From assembly GCF_964355755.1 (NCBI RefSeq), contig NC_092672.1, positions 15,314,001 to 15,378,000 of the forward strand: DNA of 64,000 nt, read 5' to 3'. How positions within the stretch are numbered: the first letter of the stretch is position 1; each line of letters begins with the position of its first letter. Shown in pieces: positions 1 through 11,990 of the stretch. The stretch is from Antedon mediterranea. Its lineage: Eukaryota; Animalia; Echinodermata. Under the pieces are notes generated by a model. The model made no database searches and had not been told where the DNA came from. It worked only from the letters and a program-made list of their open reading frames with translations. The translations under genes were made by a program, and so were the position numbers.

Positions 1-567
1 TCTCTATAAGGATGTCCGGCATTGATTTTGAATTGGCACTCCCACATTCAGCCTGCCTTCTACCAGCCACCATTTGAGATGAAGGCATTCATCGAAACAC
101 TATGAGTAATGAGTCTAAGTGCGGTCGGTAATAAGCCAGCAGATAAGGCGTCATGTCCAAATGTTTTCAAACTGACAAAGCGCGTTAATCGCGTTTTCTT
201 TTGTTTTAGCTTTAGCGTGAAAATTCTAAAATCGTCAGACCGTTTTGAAAATGGACAATATGCATAAGCTTGTATATAGTTCCGCCCACTAACATGCTTG
301 ACTGATTTTTACGAATCGTTTAACGTCGTTGCGAATCGCTTCTTGTAACGTCGTTTGACACTGCGTTAACGATGAGTCATCACAAACAAGGCCCAAACAA
401 TTTGTTTCAGGTTGCCTTGTAAGAGAGTTTGTAGCTGAATTGTATTCCGGGGATGCTGATCTCAAGCATCATTCTAAAATGTTTATAAGTTCTTAACCTC
501 AATAAATAATTTAATATTAATAATAAACAGGGGCCTGGAATGTGTTTTAGTCGCCTTCTTTTACATA

Positions 568-3500
568 CCGTATTTTCCGGAGTATAGGTCGAGACTTTGT
601 GCGACAATTTTAATTGCAAAATCGGGGGGTCGACTTATACTCCGACCATGCGATTTTTGAAAAAAATCAGGCCGAAAAAATATGTTCAAAAGCCGTCAGC
701 TGTCAAGCAAGGCCTAGCAAGGTCAGTGGCCTATCATCAATCACTCACAGAAGTTTTCAATTTAATACCTACATTGTACAACTCCAACAAATACTCTGGT
801 CAATAAAATATTAATATATCACACACAAAGACTCATTTTGATGTTAATATTACGCTTTTAAGATAATTAAGAAACCGTTATTCCAACAACTTTCTTCCGT
901 CAGCACACCGCTGTCATTTTGTGTTGTGAGAACCAAGTTGGGCGCGGAGTGGGATAGGGCTAGCGTACAGCTGCGATGCGGTCATATGACAGCACATGTT
1001 TTTCATGATGTTGCACCTCTGCTGCATCTGAACTCTAAAAAAAAGAGTGCAAATACAAATAATGGAAGCACCTCTACTGTACATTAATTAAACAGTATTA
1101 TTGTTTGTTATATTTATTACAGTTGTTTCGTTCAATGTAAAATTAGTAATTGGGTAGAATATAGTCCTTGTTGATAATCATCGCTTGGTTGCTGCTGGCT
1201 GACACAGGTCGCGCTTGACACAGCATTGGAGAGACCACGAGGTAGAAGAATGCGCAATATCACCGCATCACACAGCAGCAGAGTAAAAGCTAAACAAAGT
1301 AAAGGGGATTTCCTGTGCGTAGACTCGACCCTCAGATGTGATTTTTTCCTTCTGTTTTTTTAATGATACTGCACGCGTCGTTACAGTACTTTTTATGTTC
1401 TGTTTTGTTAAATTGTTGATAAATGCTGATAAAATAAAGTCGTAAATAAATGAAATGTACAATAATTGTGTAGGCCTATAAATCATAATTTAGGTACTGA
1501 AGACTCATTAAAAACTGATAATTAATTATAATACTAAAGCCGCCCGACATACAAAATCTGCCAGACATAAACATAAATACAAAAGATTAAAAAAAAAGAT
1601 GTATATAATTATAAATGATAATCCATCAAAAAACTAAAATCCTTCAAAGTCCTCGTCATCGTCTGAATCGCCAAATAACGCATACCAGTCCGCTTCAGTT
1701 ACCCCATCGTCGTATGGATCAACAATATCGTCATCGTCAGAAATGTCGGCTTCAATTTCATTATCGTCATCGTCCCAAAGTATGTCATCTTCCGTCCCAT
1801 CCAGTGCATTACTTATACTACATTTTTTAAAAGAGTTGATTATAATGTCTGGCTTTAAATCATTCCAGGCATCCACTACCCATGAACACACAGTCGGCAA
1901 TGATGCTGCACGCATGTTACCGGCGGCTGTGTATGACTTTTCCCCATTCACCATCCAGTCGTTCCACATCCTCCTCATGGCATCTTTAAATGGTTTGTTA
2001 AGTGAAACGTCTAGTGGCTGTAAAATTGACGTGAGTCCACCAGGTATTACGGCAATATCTGTGTCTTCGTCTTCTTTGAGTTTCATTTTAATACTGTCCA
2101 TCAAGTGGGTCTTAAACATATCCCACACCAATAAAGATCGGTCGCCAATAGCGCGATTTGGCCTCCGTCCCCACACCAAACGTATCCACTTTTTGCAGCC
2201 TTCCTCGTCCATCCATCCCTTTTCCTGAACATGAACAATTATTCCTCGGGGAAAAACTAGTTTGGGCATTGTTTTACGCTTGAAAATCACCATTGGCTTT
2301 AGTTTTGTGCCATCAGCCATACAGCACAATACCACGGTAAAATGTTGTTTTTCGTGGCCAGTTGTCTTCACCAACACAGTCTTTTTCCCTTTCTCGTTGA
2401 CTGTGGTATTTCCGACCAAATCAAAAAACATCGGTGTCTCGTCCATGTTTCCGATCTGGGTTAATGCATAATCATGGCGTTTTCGTTGCTTGATTATAAA
2501 TGACTGGAAGGAGGTTATTTTCTCATCTAGTTCTGCGGGCAATTTTTGCGCGATTTTCGTTTTTTGTCGGATGACCAAATGTTGTCTTTTCATGAACCGG
2601 GTACACCAACTATTTGTTGCTTTAAAGTTTTCACAGACGTTCCGATTTCTGCCTGCCCAGCTCAGTGCCTGCAAACGGACCATTGTCCTGGTCACGATGT
2701 GTCCACTCGCTCGCTTGTCCGTCACCCATTGATATAATTCATCCTCCAATTGAGGCCACTTGCAGCTCAATCCCCTCAAAGCACATTTCTTTTTCGGCAT
2801 CTTTCTTAGCGTGTCTTCTGCTTTTCTCCAGTCTCTCACCAACTTTTCCGATACATCAAACTGACGTGCCGCTGCACAGTTGTTAGAAGTCTTGGCTGCC
2901 TCCACTACTTTCAACTTGAAAGCGGCTTCATATCGGTTCCTCTTAACCATGATGATCAAGTAAATTATTATTATGATATTTCAAAAGTGTATACAATAAT
3001 GATAATAGATTTTAACGAAGTAAGAGCACGAATGCAAGTGATGACTAAACCCCAAACTATTTAGTATTGATATATTACACTGAAGATAAGGCCTAGGCAT
3101 AAATCAATTTTATCGTATTATTTTTAGTGCAATTTAATTCGGTGGTTGCTTTTTTGCGCAATTTTTCCTGCAATTGCAGGAAGAGTTGTACGCTTCCATT
3201 ATATCATGGGGTAATTTATTGTGTATAATGGATAGTTATGACAGTTCAGTATAAAATAAAAATTCAAAACAGATGTACGTCAGAACTACAAACACTTTTT
3301 TTTTAAAATTCAACAAGTTAGGATATTTAAGTGTTATTACTAATAACTATTCGTAATGTGTGTACTCCCCAGTCAAAAATGAAATACGCCAGCGTATGCG
3401 CGTACAACTGATCACGCTACAAGACCGTGCGGATGTGTGTGCCTACGCTATTGAATTTTACAATAACACTTGATTGTTTTTGCAATGAAATTCACGTTTA

Positions 3501-4183
3501 AGTATTTGAAACAAATAAGATAATTAAGAATAAATAGTTTGTGTTTTATATGCTTCTTATTCGCTCGCGAAAACATCATAACACCAGGGAGTTATTTTCC
3601 TGCACAAACGAACTACGACGTCGAATCGGAATGTCCATGCAGCATGCTTGTTATTGTGCGATATTTTCATCTATACACATGCGCAGTTTGTTTGTTTGTT
3701 CGTAATTACAATTACTGAGCATGTCTATTCATAAGATAAATTCTCCTTAGTCGGGCGCGTGTACATTTACAGATAACGCGATTTACAACTACTCGCCTGT
3801 ACAATATTAATAAGCCTTCTAACGGAAAACTCGTTTTAATTTATTCGAGTGACGCGAAAAACATCGCTGATGGCAAGTACCGCTAAACATCGCTGTCATT
3901 TATTATAGGCTGGTGAAGACGGCGGCGAAGTCGTTGTGGTTTACATAAATAATAATAATAATAGATTGTCTTATAAATATTATTGATTACACTTTAATAA
4001 TATAAACAAACAACCACATTTCATACATTTCTAGCCCTCTTTGAACTTCAAAGTATTAAGTTGTGTTATTAGCCGATTTTGGGGGTCGACTTATATTCAG
4101 GTCATACCAAAATCAACGATATTCTAGGTCAAAGTTGGGGGTCGACTTATACTTGGGGTCGACCTATACTCCGGAAAATACGG
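568..4183 (-). mobile_element. Intact pogo-superfamily (Passer/POGK-like) DNA transposon
   Basis: Perfect 25-bp TIRs ccgtattttccggagtataggtcga (568-592) and tcgacctatactccggaaaatacgg (4159-4183). TA at 566-567 and 4184-4185. Subterminal ggggtcgacttata repeats near 626, 4082 and 4137. Contains a transposase ORF. Confidence 0.96.
1634..2959 (-). CDS. pogo transposase: Brinker-like DNA-binding domain, CENP-B HTH, DDE_1 domain and acidic tail
   Basis: Uninterrupted 441-aa ORF. RYEAAFKLKVV..SNNCAAARQF (BrkDBD), WPQLEDELYQWV..FKATNSWCTRFMKR (CENPB HTH), and catalytic NMDETP / LLVWDMF / QPLDVSLNKPFK. Confidence 0.95.
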   Translation of the reverse strand: MIIMVKRNRYEAAFKLKVVEAAKTSNNCAAARQFDVSEKLVRDWRKAEDTLRKMPKKKCALRGLSCKWPQLEDELYQWVTDKRASGHIVTRTMVRLQALSWAGRNRNVCENFKATNSWCTRFMKRQHLVIRQKTKIAQKLPAELDEKITSFQSFIIKQRKRHDYALTQIGNMDETPMFFDLVGNTTVNEKGKKTVLVKTTGHEKQHFTVVLCCMADGTKLKPMVIFKRKTMPKLVFPRGIIVHVQEKGWMDEEGCKKWIRLVWGRRPNRAIGDRSLLVWDMFKTHLMDSIKMKLKEDEDTDIAVIPGGLTSILQPLDVSLNKPFKDAMRRMWNDWMVNGEKSYTAAGNMRAASLPTVCSWVVDAWNDLKPDIIINSFKKCSISNALDGTEDDILWDDDDNEIEADISDDDDIVDPYDDGVTEADWYALFGDSDDDEDFEGF

Positions 4184-4589
4184 TAGTCGACTGAAAATAT
4201 CAATAGGAAGTTCAGACAATAGCAACACGATGTGCCAAGCCACCGGTTAACTATCACAACTCACTTCTAAATGCATTAGCAAACGTCTACAGAGTAGCCT
4301 TCTAAAAATAGCAGCAGCGAATGATCGGCTGCCCATCGGTGTTTGCGCGCTCATAGATTGCGGGCCGATAATTATAGGGTAAACAAGTACCTAGATGTTG
4401 GTCACGCGATATCCTCTTTCTCCTCCTTTTCACAGCGCTCACATGAGTTTTACTCCAAATGCTGCCGGTCGGTAACCTTATTTAGATCGTTAAGATGACT
4501 GGTCGTTTAATTTAATTCATGTAATGTTTGATTCTATGTTTTGTGCATTTTATTTTGTTTAGAAATTATATTTATTAGGTGATCATTTA

Positions 4590-4985
4590 GAATAAAATGA
4601 TCACCTATGATCACCTATTGTTATTGTATAAAATCTTTATTATTTTTTTTCTTTTTATTGTTTCTGTACACTATTTTGTGTAACAATTATCTCAAAAAGT
4701 TTAATGTCAATGATTACCAAAATTTCAGAATATCTTTCAAATAATAAAACTTAATCCTAATAAGCTTTCCAGCGTGATCACTCGTCCGTGACGTCATTTA
4801 TACGCCATTTTGCGAAATCACATTATCAATCATATCTCCATAATTCATTATAACATATTAATGAAATTCACTACACGTAAACTTCAGGTCAAGGGTAAAA
4901 ATATTAGCAAATAAAAACGCACGCGCACGTAGGGTCATGCGTGTGAAATCGCGCGTTAAAAATTTAAAATGCTCAAATTAATATT
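4590..4985. mobile_element. Helentron/HINE-like non-autonomous repeat copy
   Basis: Terminus gatcacctattgttattgtataaaatctt recurs in reverse complement at ~45152-45181. The superfamily assignment is inference. Confidence 0.4.
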
Positions 4986-5799
4986 TCTTATATATAAAAA
5001 TAATTAACTCGTCTCTTTTCGTTGTTTATTCAGTCCTGAAATATATGTACTAGGCCTACTTTCTCTATTTCTAATGATTCAAATACACCAACGACAACAT
5101 AACCGATTATACGTTTCGGAAGTATTCGTCCACATTTGTTTACATTTTCTTCTCGAAGTTCATTTTCTACGTCGAAGAATATTTATTAAAAAATTCTGTG
5201 TTTTATAACATTAACTTTTCTACGGTTTTTGAATGTTGACGATAAAACAGTAGGCGAAAGGCAGCATGGCCTAGACATTGTTTACACGATCTACGGCAGC
5301 AGCAGTACGTAGGCATAATAAAACCAACGACGTTTAACGCTAACGCGCGTCTAACGACTAAACAATGGGCGGTGGGCGGTACAATACTAAATGCATAATT
5401 TAATTAGCTCTTTTACGATCGTTACACGCGGCAAACGATCAAGCTATCAACGGTGACCGTTTGACGCGGTTTGTACGTTTGAAAACATTTGGACATGACG
5501 CCTAAAACTGTCCTGGTCTCATACACAGCCGGCAATACGGAACTAAGGCGGCGAAGCTGGCCAGACATCCTAGTGCTCTGAGCCATTCGTAAGCCATCGG
5601 AGCACAAGCAGTAATTAGATTGCGTACTGCACTAATTGCAGACGTTATTCATTGTTGGGATGGACACGCCAAGCCCGTCACGAGATTTATCTGTGATCCG
5701 AGACCTACAGTTTTAGGCTTAGGCCCCCTATGCTACTGCAAACATCGTAGACAGTTGGCCTAGGAAAGCATATCTAAAGTCAAAATTATGACACTTCAA

Positions 5800-8654
5800 T
5801 GAATCTCGGACTGCTCGTTTAATTCACCAATAACTGACTGTTCCTTGTTGGAAACAGATCGCTCGACGTCACCGTCACATATATCAGTGTTATTGTTGTT
5901 GTCGTCACGTGGATTATAGGAGATTTGAAAACTTCTTCTAACAATATCAAGGGTTTGGCCTTAATGAACGTAATGATCTCCTTCGTTTTCTGCGAAATGT
6001 CCCAGAACGATGTAAGGCATGTCCAATATAAATGTATTACTGCCATCTGGACGAATAATATTTGTTGCTCCGTTTAATGTTGATACAACAATTATTTGAA
6101 TGTAAAATAATTCAGAAACAACTTGTAGTGTTAACACTTTCACTGCGTATACCCGGTACTACCGGGTATAAACAAACGTCGTTGAAGTGCGTATACCTGG
6201 TAATACCGGGTATGGGCAAAACAATGATTTAATCGTATTTGCCTATAATATATAGCACCCTCTATATTTGTTCGATGAACTTGAATATTTTTGCAAGTCA
6301 TTAAAAAATTTTTCCAGCAAAAAAAACGGCCCTCTATAGCTGTATTATTGTCTTGAAAATCATGCGCCCTCTATAGTTATATTATATATAGTATAGTGTA
6401 TATAATAGTATTCTATCTTGGAAAGTTGTTTTGAGTAGCGTAATGGCGGCCATTTTTAAAGTAACCAAAATTTAACAGCCCCAATAGGGCAACATTGTGT
6501 TTATCACAACACGCAAAAAAAAAAAAATTCTGAAACAATAGTTAGTTTTGTACTATAGTGAATTTTTGGAAAATGTCATTATTTTCACGATTTTGCCCCA
6601 AAACTTTGATTTGTGCATAATTTTTATAAAATAATAAAAATAATTCAATTTTTTTTTATATTTTTATTTTTTATACGTATCTTCATCAATATCCAGTTGG
6701 AAAAACGTATTCCATAAGAATTTATTATAGAAAATATAGTTTTTATCATTGATTCGATAAAAAACACGAAATCCAAAATACCTGTAATGACGTCACATGA
6801 CGTCATCAATATGCAAATTACTTTTTTTTTTATACCTAACTGTAGACTAACCCTTTGCCCATCACACACCACAAAAACAATTACGCAATTATCTCAATTA
6901 GTATTTTTTTGCAATTTATTAAAATACCATATGTTTTTCTTAAATATACATTACGCACAGAGGTGGGAATAATGCTCCGCAGTGAAAGGGTTAAATGATC
7001 GCCAAATGTACCATTTCGTGACATGCAAGCAAGATAATTGTCGGGTATTTCATTAAAAAAATTCGACTATGGTGTTAAACTATTGGAATTTCCAAGATGT
7101 GGACTGCTTTCTAAGTAATGCACTACCTCACTTCTGAGTGTTTCGTGAGATCTAAATAATCCCAGGTTTTTTAATTGATAGCATATAGCATTGAATTGGC
7201 CATTTCCATCTCCCGCTGGGTCGTAGTCAACATTTAACCCAAATTTGTTGTGAATGTCATCAATTTTATTGTTGTGGGTGATTGTCTGATAAAATTTCTT
7301 TTGTAGCAATTTCCGTTTTTTTTTTAAATTGACCGTACGTTCTCTCTCTCGTTGCCTTTGAGTGCACAGTGTATCTGCAGTTATATTGGACACGGATACA
7401 CATTTTTTAACATTAGCTTCCGTAACAGGATGACAGAACTCCACCTTGTACATGTACGCTTTCAGTTTCCTTTCGATAATCTTTCCTGGACATACGGTCA
7501 ATTTGTGTGTTACTCTAGACTTTTTTGTTTTTAATAGTAAAAGAATAGTGTCCCCAACTTTGTTAATTTGTACTTTAAGTTTCCGCTCTTGATATTTAGC
7601 AGTCCGTTTATTTAGCAGTATGAGCTTTCGAGCGGATGGATTTCAGGTTTTTCATCCATTTGTTAATATTCCCACCTACATCCGATGTGCCATTATGCTT
7701 ACAGTCGGTCTTTCTACCATAAAATACTTCGAAAGGTGATTGCCAAGCATGAACTTCTTTAGGTTCTTCGTTAATAAGTTTAGCGTATGACGGTAGTTGA
7801 CGTACCCAATTCAAACCTCTTTTTTTGCATGTAAGCAAGTCAAATGATATTTTCGATTTTAGATTTCTATAAAAGCGTTCAATCTTGCCTTGCGATTGAG
7901 GATGGTATGGTGAACTTCTGATAACTTTTATTCCTCTCTGGTCTAACATGGAAGATAATTTTCCACGAAATTCTGTTCCCTGGTCGCTCTGTACAATTCT
8001 GGCATTACCGAAAATGTTAAATAATTCATTCAGTTGCTTTGCCACCATACTGCTAGATTTTCTCTTTAAAGGTTTAACCATACGTACCTACTAAATACAT
8101 CGAGTGTGCTCAATATATATCTATAGTTTTTCTCCTTATATTTAATAGATTTCTGCATGTCAACTAGATCAATCTGTATACAATCCATCACGGAGTTTGC
8201 TACTATTGGTCGATTTGGAGCTTTATTTGTAAACTTAACTTACAAACGGCGGTGAATTTGGCTTTTTGAAAGCACATTGTGTATCGATGGTTCGGAAATT
8301 CCAGAAAACTTTTCATTTAAACGGTAGTTCAAACGTCTAGCTCCGCATCCCTTTCCAATAAAAGTTATTTATTACCAAGTTTTGCAGTTGGGAACTTTTT
8401 ACCACTTCCTTTCCATCGAAAAACAATGCTGGTGGATTGCCTTTCACCGTAAACCGGTCTCTGTTCCGATAATAATGGGTAATTGCAGTTTTTTCCACAC
8501 GGGATCGTTTGGCACAGGGTACCTGGTACGTACCTTGGAATAATTTAACAATTACCTCGTATTGCGTGTCACTCATGGACGAGTGTTTTCGGGCACCACG
8601 ACTTGAAACAATTGTTATCGTAAGCAAATATAACAAAATGATGAATAACTTCAT
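5800..8654 (-). pseudogene. Ginger-like retroviral-type (rve) integrase fused to a C-terminal OTU protease domain, with stops and frameshifts
   Basis: Joined frames give QIDLVDMQ..YRYILSTLDVFSRYVW, QSDQGTEF and SSPYHPQSQGKIER (D,D,E). These are followed by OTU motifs PAGDGNGQF, YLACMSRNGTFGDHLTLQVVSELF and LGHFAENEGDHYV. Confidence 0.85.
6135..6990. mobile_element. piggyBac-type MITE inserted in the OTU domain
   Basis: TTAA at 6131-6134 and 6991-6994. TIRs cactttcactgcg / cgcagtgaaaggg. Removing it restores GDHL-TLQVVSEL in frame. Confidence 0.9.
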
Positions 8655-9262
8655 CCTGGATGATATTATGAAATATTATTGATAGATTTCCCAAAGGTAT
8701 CAAAATCGACTAAACGCAACTACGTACTCTAGGTCCTATGCACATGTGATACACTGAGATGCACTCCGGTGTGGAAAAACAGGGATTAGGAAGATTACAT
8801 GTGTTTAAGTCATTAAGATAATTGATTGTGTAATGTTATGCTAATCTGTAGATAAAGAACCATGACTATATTTGTTATTTTACATAAAAATCACGTAAAA
8901 GCATCTTTACAAACATGTTCTTAGCAAGAATTATTTTGGAAAGCATTGATGCAGTGATCTACAGACTTGATCAGCTTTATATAGGCTACATTAATTATTG
9001 TTATGATTATAATGCATGTTGGCAAACCGTAATTAAAAAATCGCATATGCGTCGTCGATACATAGTATAGGCTACACATACTAGCTAGGGTATGAGTATA
9101 GGGTATGCAGTTCTTCTTTTAAATTTAATACTGAACACACTAAAATAATTTTCCTTATTTTCAAGTACATTATAATAAAAATGTAGGCATTTTGTGTTTT
9201 AGAAGAGGATTTCCCGAAGTTTTCATCGAAAACGAAAACCAATGACATTGGTGTAGTTCGTG

Positions 9263-10372
9263 TCAAGCATGAAACATCCAGGGGTGGGAATGTCAGGATG
9301 TCTTGCCTTAGACATCTTGCTGGGGAATCCCTACTGTGTTTGTACAAACATCCGATTATAGACAATAGAAAGTTACTGGTCTGGAAACTCAACAAGATCA
9401 AAGGCGGCCGCGCGCGATGTTGGAAGGCCAATACACACCTGCTCCAACTTAACTATCTCAATATTTGACACGGAGATTGGTAATAATATTAGTCCCATAT
9501 TTATAAATAATAGATATAACTTGCAAGTTATGTAGATAATAAATATTAAAAATGTTCTATTTCTTAAAATGATGAAGAATAAACAATTAAGCAGAATAAT
9601 ACTACTTTATGATAATGATAGATTTGTACTCTGTATATCTTTTAAATAATTTTTTTCAACACAAATATGTTGAACAATAGGCGGATTTAAACACGAATAG
9701 TAGCTACTGTACCTTAATTTCTGTTTACTCCTATCTGATAGTTTAATAATAATGTATTTTTTTTGTAATCACATCCTCACGTTTCTATAAACTTCCAACA
9801 CAGTTTCGTGTTTACAGTTTCGTCGGTAATCACTACAGTTTTAAAATGTATGTTAATTTATGTTATAAAACACCATAATTTGTTTAGATTTAGGTTTAAA
9901 CAAGAAAGATTTATTTATCAACTGGAAAATTATTACTTTATGTTAAACCAAAAAAATGCATACACAATTGATATAAATACCTTAGTTTGTCCATGTATTT
10001 TTTATAACAAAGGTAAAAGTGAATGAAAGGAAGACCAAGCAAGACCAGAGCGTGACCCAATTAGTCACCTAAATACATTAAAATAAATTTGAATTTATTT
10101 TGTGCCTTGTTATTTATATTTACACACCACATACAGTATATCTTTAATTTTTTTAAATAATTTATTTAAATCTTTATGTTTATGTGAAATTAAAAGGTAG
10201 TTCTGATATAAAATAATTAAACACACAAAAGCATTGAATTGATAATGGTGTCAATTTATGTTTCAAGCATAAAACATCAAGGGGTGGGAATGTCGGGATG
10301 TCTTGCCTTAGACATCTTGCTGGGAAATCCCTACTGTGTGTGTACAGACATCAGATTATAGACAATAGAAAG
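9263..10372. repeat. ~110-bp direct duplication (about 9263-9371 and 10263-10372)
   Basis: tcaagcat..aaacatc.aggggtgggaatgtc.ggatgtcttgccttagacatcttgctggg...gattatagacaatagaaag occurs twice, 1 kb apart. Confidence 0.85.
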
Positions 10373-10604
10373 CGCGTATGCATCGTCAATATTTTGTTAT
10401 TATTATAACCTAATCTATAGAACCTAATCTATAGAACTTAAACATTATAAATTATATAATTTGTGGGTTTTACAGCTTCTTCTTCTTTTAAATTTAATAC
10501 TGCACACAATATAATAAAAAAAACCACAAACTCCAACATTATTGTCTAACAACAAAATGTCTAATTTCCCAGAACTTTCCTTATACATCATCCACCGACA
10601 CTGT

Positions 10605-11200
10605 ATAACCTTGACCTTGTAGTAATGTGCACGCGCGCAAAAACATCGGACTTCGACTTGAAACTATACCTATATCAGTAAGCCAACGAGTTAACAACCA
10701 CACACCACAAGTAACAATGGTATACAAGTCATGACCTTTGTAGTATCGTGCACGCGCACAAAAAAAATCAAATCGAACATCGACTTGGAACTATACGTAC
10801 ATAACAATAAGCCAATTAGTTAACAACAACAAGTAGCAATAGTATATTATGAACTTGACCTTGTGGTATCGTGCACGCGCACAAAAACATTGAATCGAGC
10901 ATCGACTTGGAACTATAACAGTAAACCAACAAGTTAACAACCACACACTACATACAAGTAGCAATTTGACCTTGACCTTGTTGTATCGTGTGCGCGCGCA
11001 AGAAAACATCGAACATCGACTTATAACTATACGTATAATAATAGTAAGCCAACAACCACACACTACAAGCAACAATGATATAACATGGCCTTGATCTTGA
11101 AGTATCGTGCACGCGCGCAGCAAATAACAAACATCGTCTTGAACTATTACGTACATTAAACATACGAGTTAACGTGCAAATATCGCGCGCATGAGCAGCA
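10605..11200. repeat. Degenerate ~120-bp tandem repeat, about 5 copies
   Basis: Recurring ccttgacctt-gtagtatcgtgcacgcgc-aaaaacatcgaacatcgacttggaactata-aagccaa-caaccacacac-caagtagcaat. Confidence 0.85.
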
Positions 11201-11347
11201 AATGATAATAATCCAACGCGTAACGACGACCCTAACATACGTATCGTGAACAAACAATTATTGAAACAACTCAATACAATCATGATATAATGTATTAACT
11301 CGATCAAAATGGTTTGTGTCTAGCAATAAATTTGATTTGATTTTTTT

Positions 11348-11505
11348 TTTACATTTGTGGGCGAAAAATTCTCAATTTTTTTTACATTTGTGGGCGTTAT
11401 CACATTTGTGGGCGCTGTTTATTACATTTGTGGGTGATGCATTTTCACATTTGTGGTTGATGCGTTTTCACATTTGTGGGTGATGCGTTTCCACATTGGT
11501 GGGTT
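11348..11505. repeat. Cluster of acatttgtggg motifs; probable subterminal repeats of the Ginger-like element
   Basis: About 7 copies of (t/c)acatttgtgg(g/t) at 20-30 bp spacing, upstream of the integrase on the minus strand. The Ginger link is inference. Confidence 0.5.
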
Positions 11506-11509
11506 CAAC

Positions 11510-11990
11510 AAACCTTCATCACTCCCATTTGATGTAAGAAAGGTCTCTATCATTTCCGGTAGATCTCCTAGCGGAGTGACATCCCGTTCTCTGAGTATAT
11601 GTTCTACTACTACTTCAAATTCCTCTTTCCTTATGTTGTTTGTTGGCCTTTCTAATGATAATGTATTTGTCTTTGTACTGTATTTGAACGGAATACTTTT
11701 ACCAGTAAAGAAGTTACTGTAATAAATACGGTGATATCTTGTCTCAACAGCAGGAAAGTCAATAGCTCCTTCCACTCTGGTGATAACATCATGAGCCCAT
11801 GGTTCAGATTCTCCTCTCTCCTTGCACTTTTCTAGAACAATTTTTTTTTTATTCAATGTCTCACATGTTGAATAATCTATGCCTTTCTTTGAATCGACTT
11901 CAATGAATGTTTTACAAAAAAAACAATGTTCTTGAAAAATCAAATGATGAACTCAATCGACGTAATCTTTTTGGGAAGGGTTCAGAAGTT
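11510..11990 (-). pseudogene. N-terminal fragment of a large DNA-transposon protein, probably Academ-type
   Basis: FQEHCFFC...LEKCKERG.SEPWAHDVITRVEGAIDFPAVETRYHRIYYSNF resembles the CxxC...W...V..R....D..A...RYH..C...F motif of long CXC-domain transposon proteins. Truncated. Confidence 0.5.

Larger units (their letters stand above)
147..5502. mobile_element. PIF/Harbinger-type non-autonomous element (family A), carrying nested pogo and Helentron-like insertions
   Basis: TIR ggcgtcatgtccaaatgttttcaaac from 147, with its exact reverse complement ending at 5502. TAA on both sides (144-146, 5503-5505). GGC termini plus TWA TSD are typical of PIF/Harbinger. Confidence 0.8.

Noticed and set aside
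1615-2886. Plus-strand ORFs of 63-161 aa
   Set aside because: Antisense shadows of the pogo transposase.
7608-8200. Polinton/Maverick or LTR-retrotransposon integrase
   Set aside because: Some motifs resemble the Polinton integrase, but there is no PolB, capsid, ATPase, RT or RNase H nearby. The OTU fusion fits Ginger better; not fully excluded.
10791-11307. Cys-rich hydrophobic ORFs
   Set aside because: Translations of the degenerate 120-bp tandem repeat.
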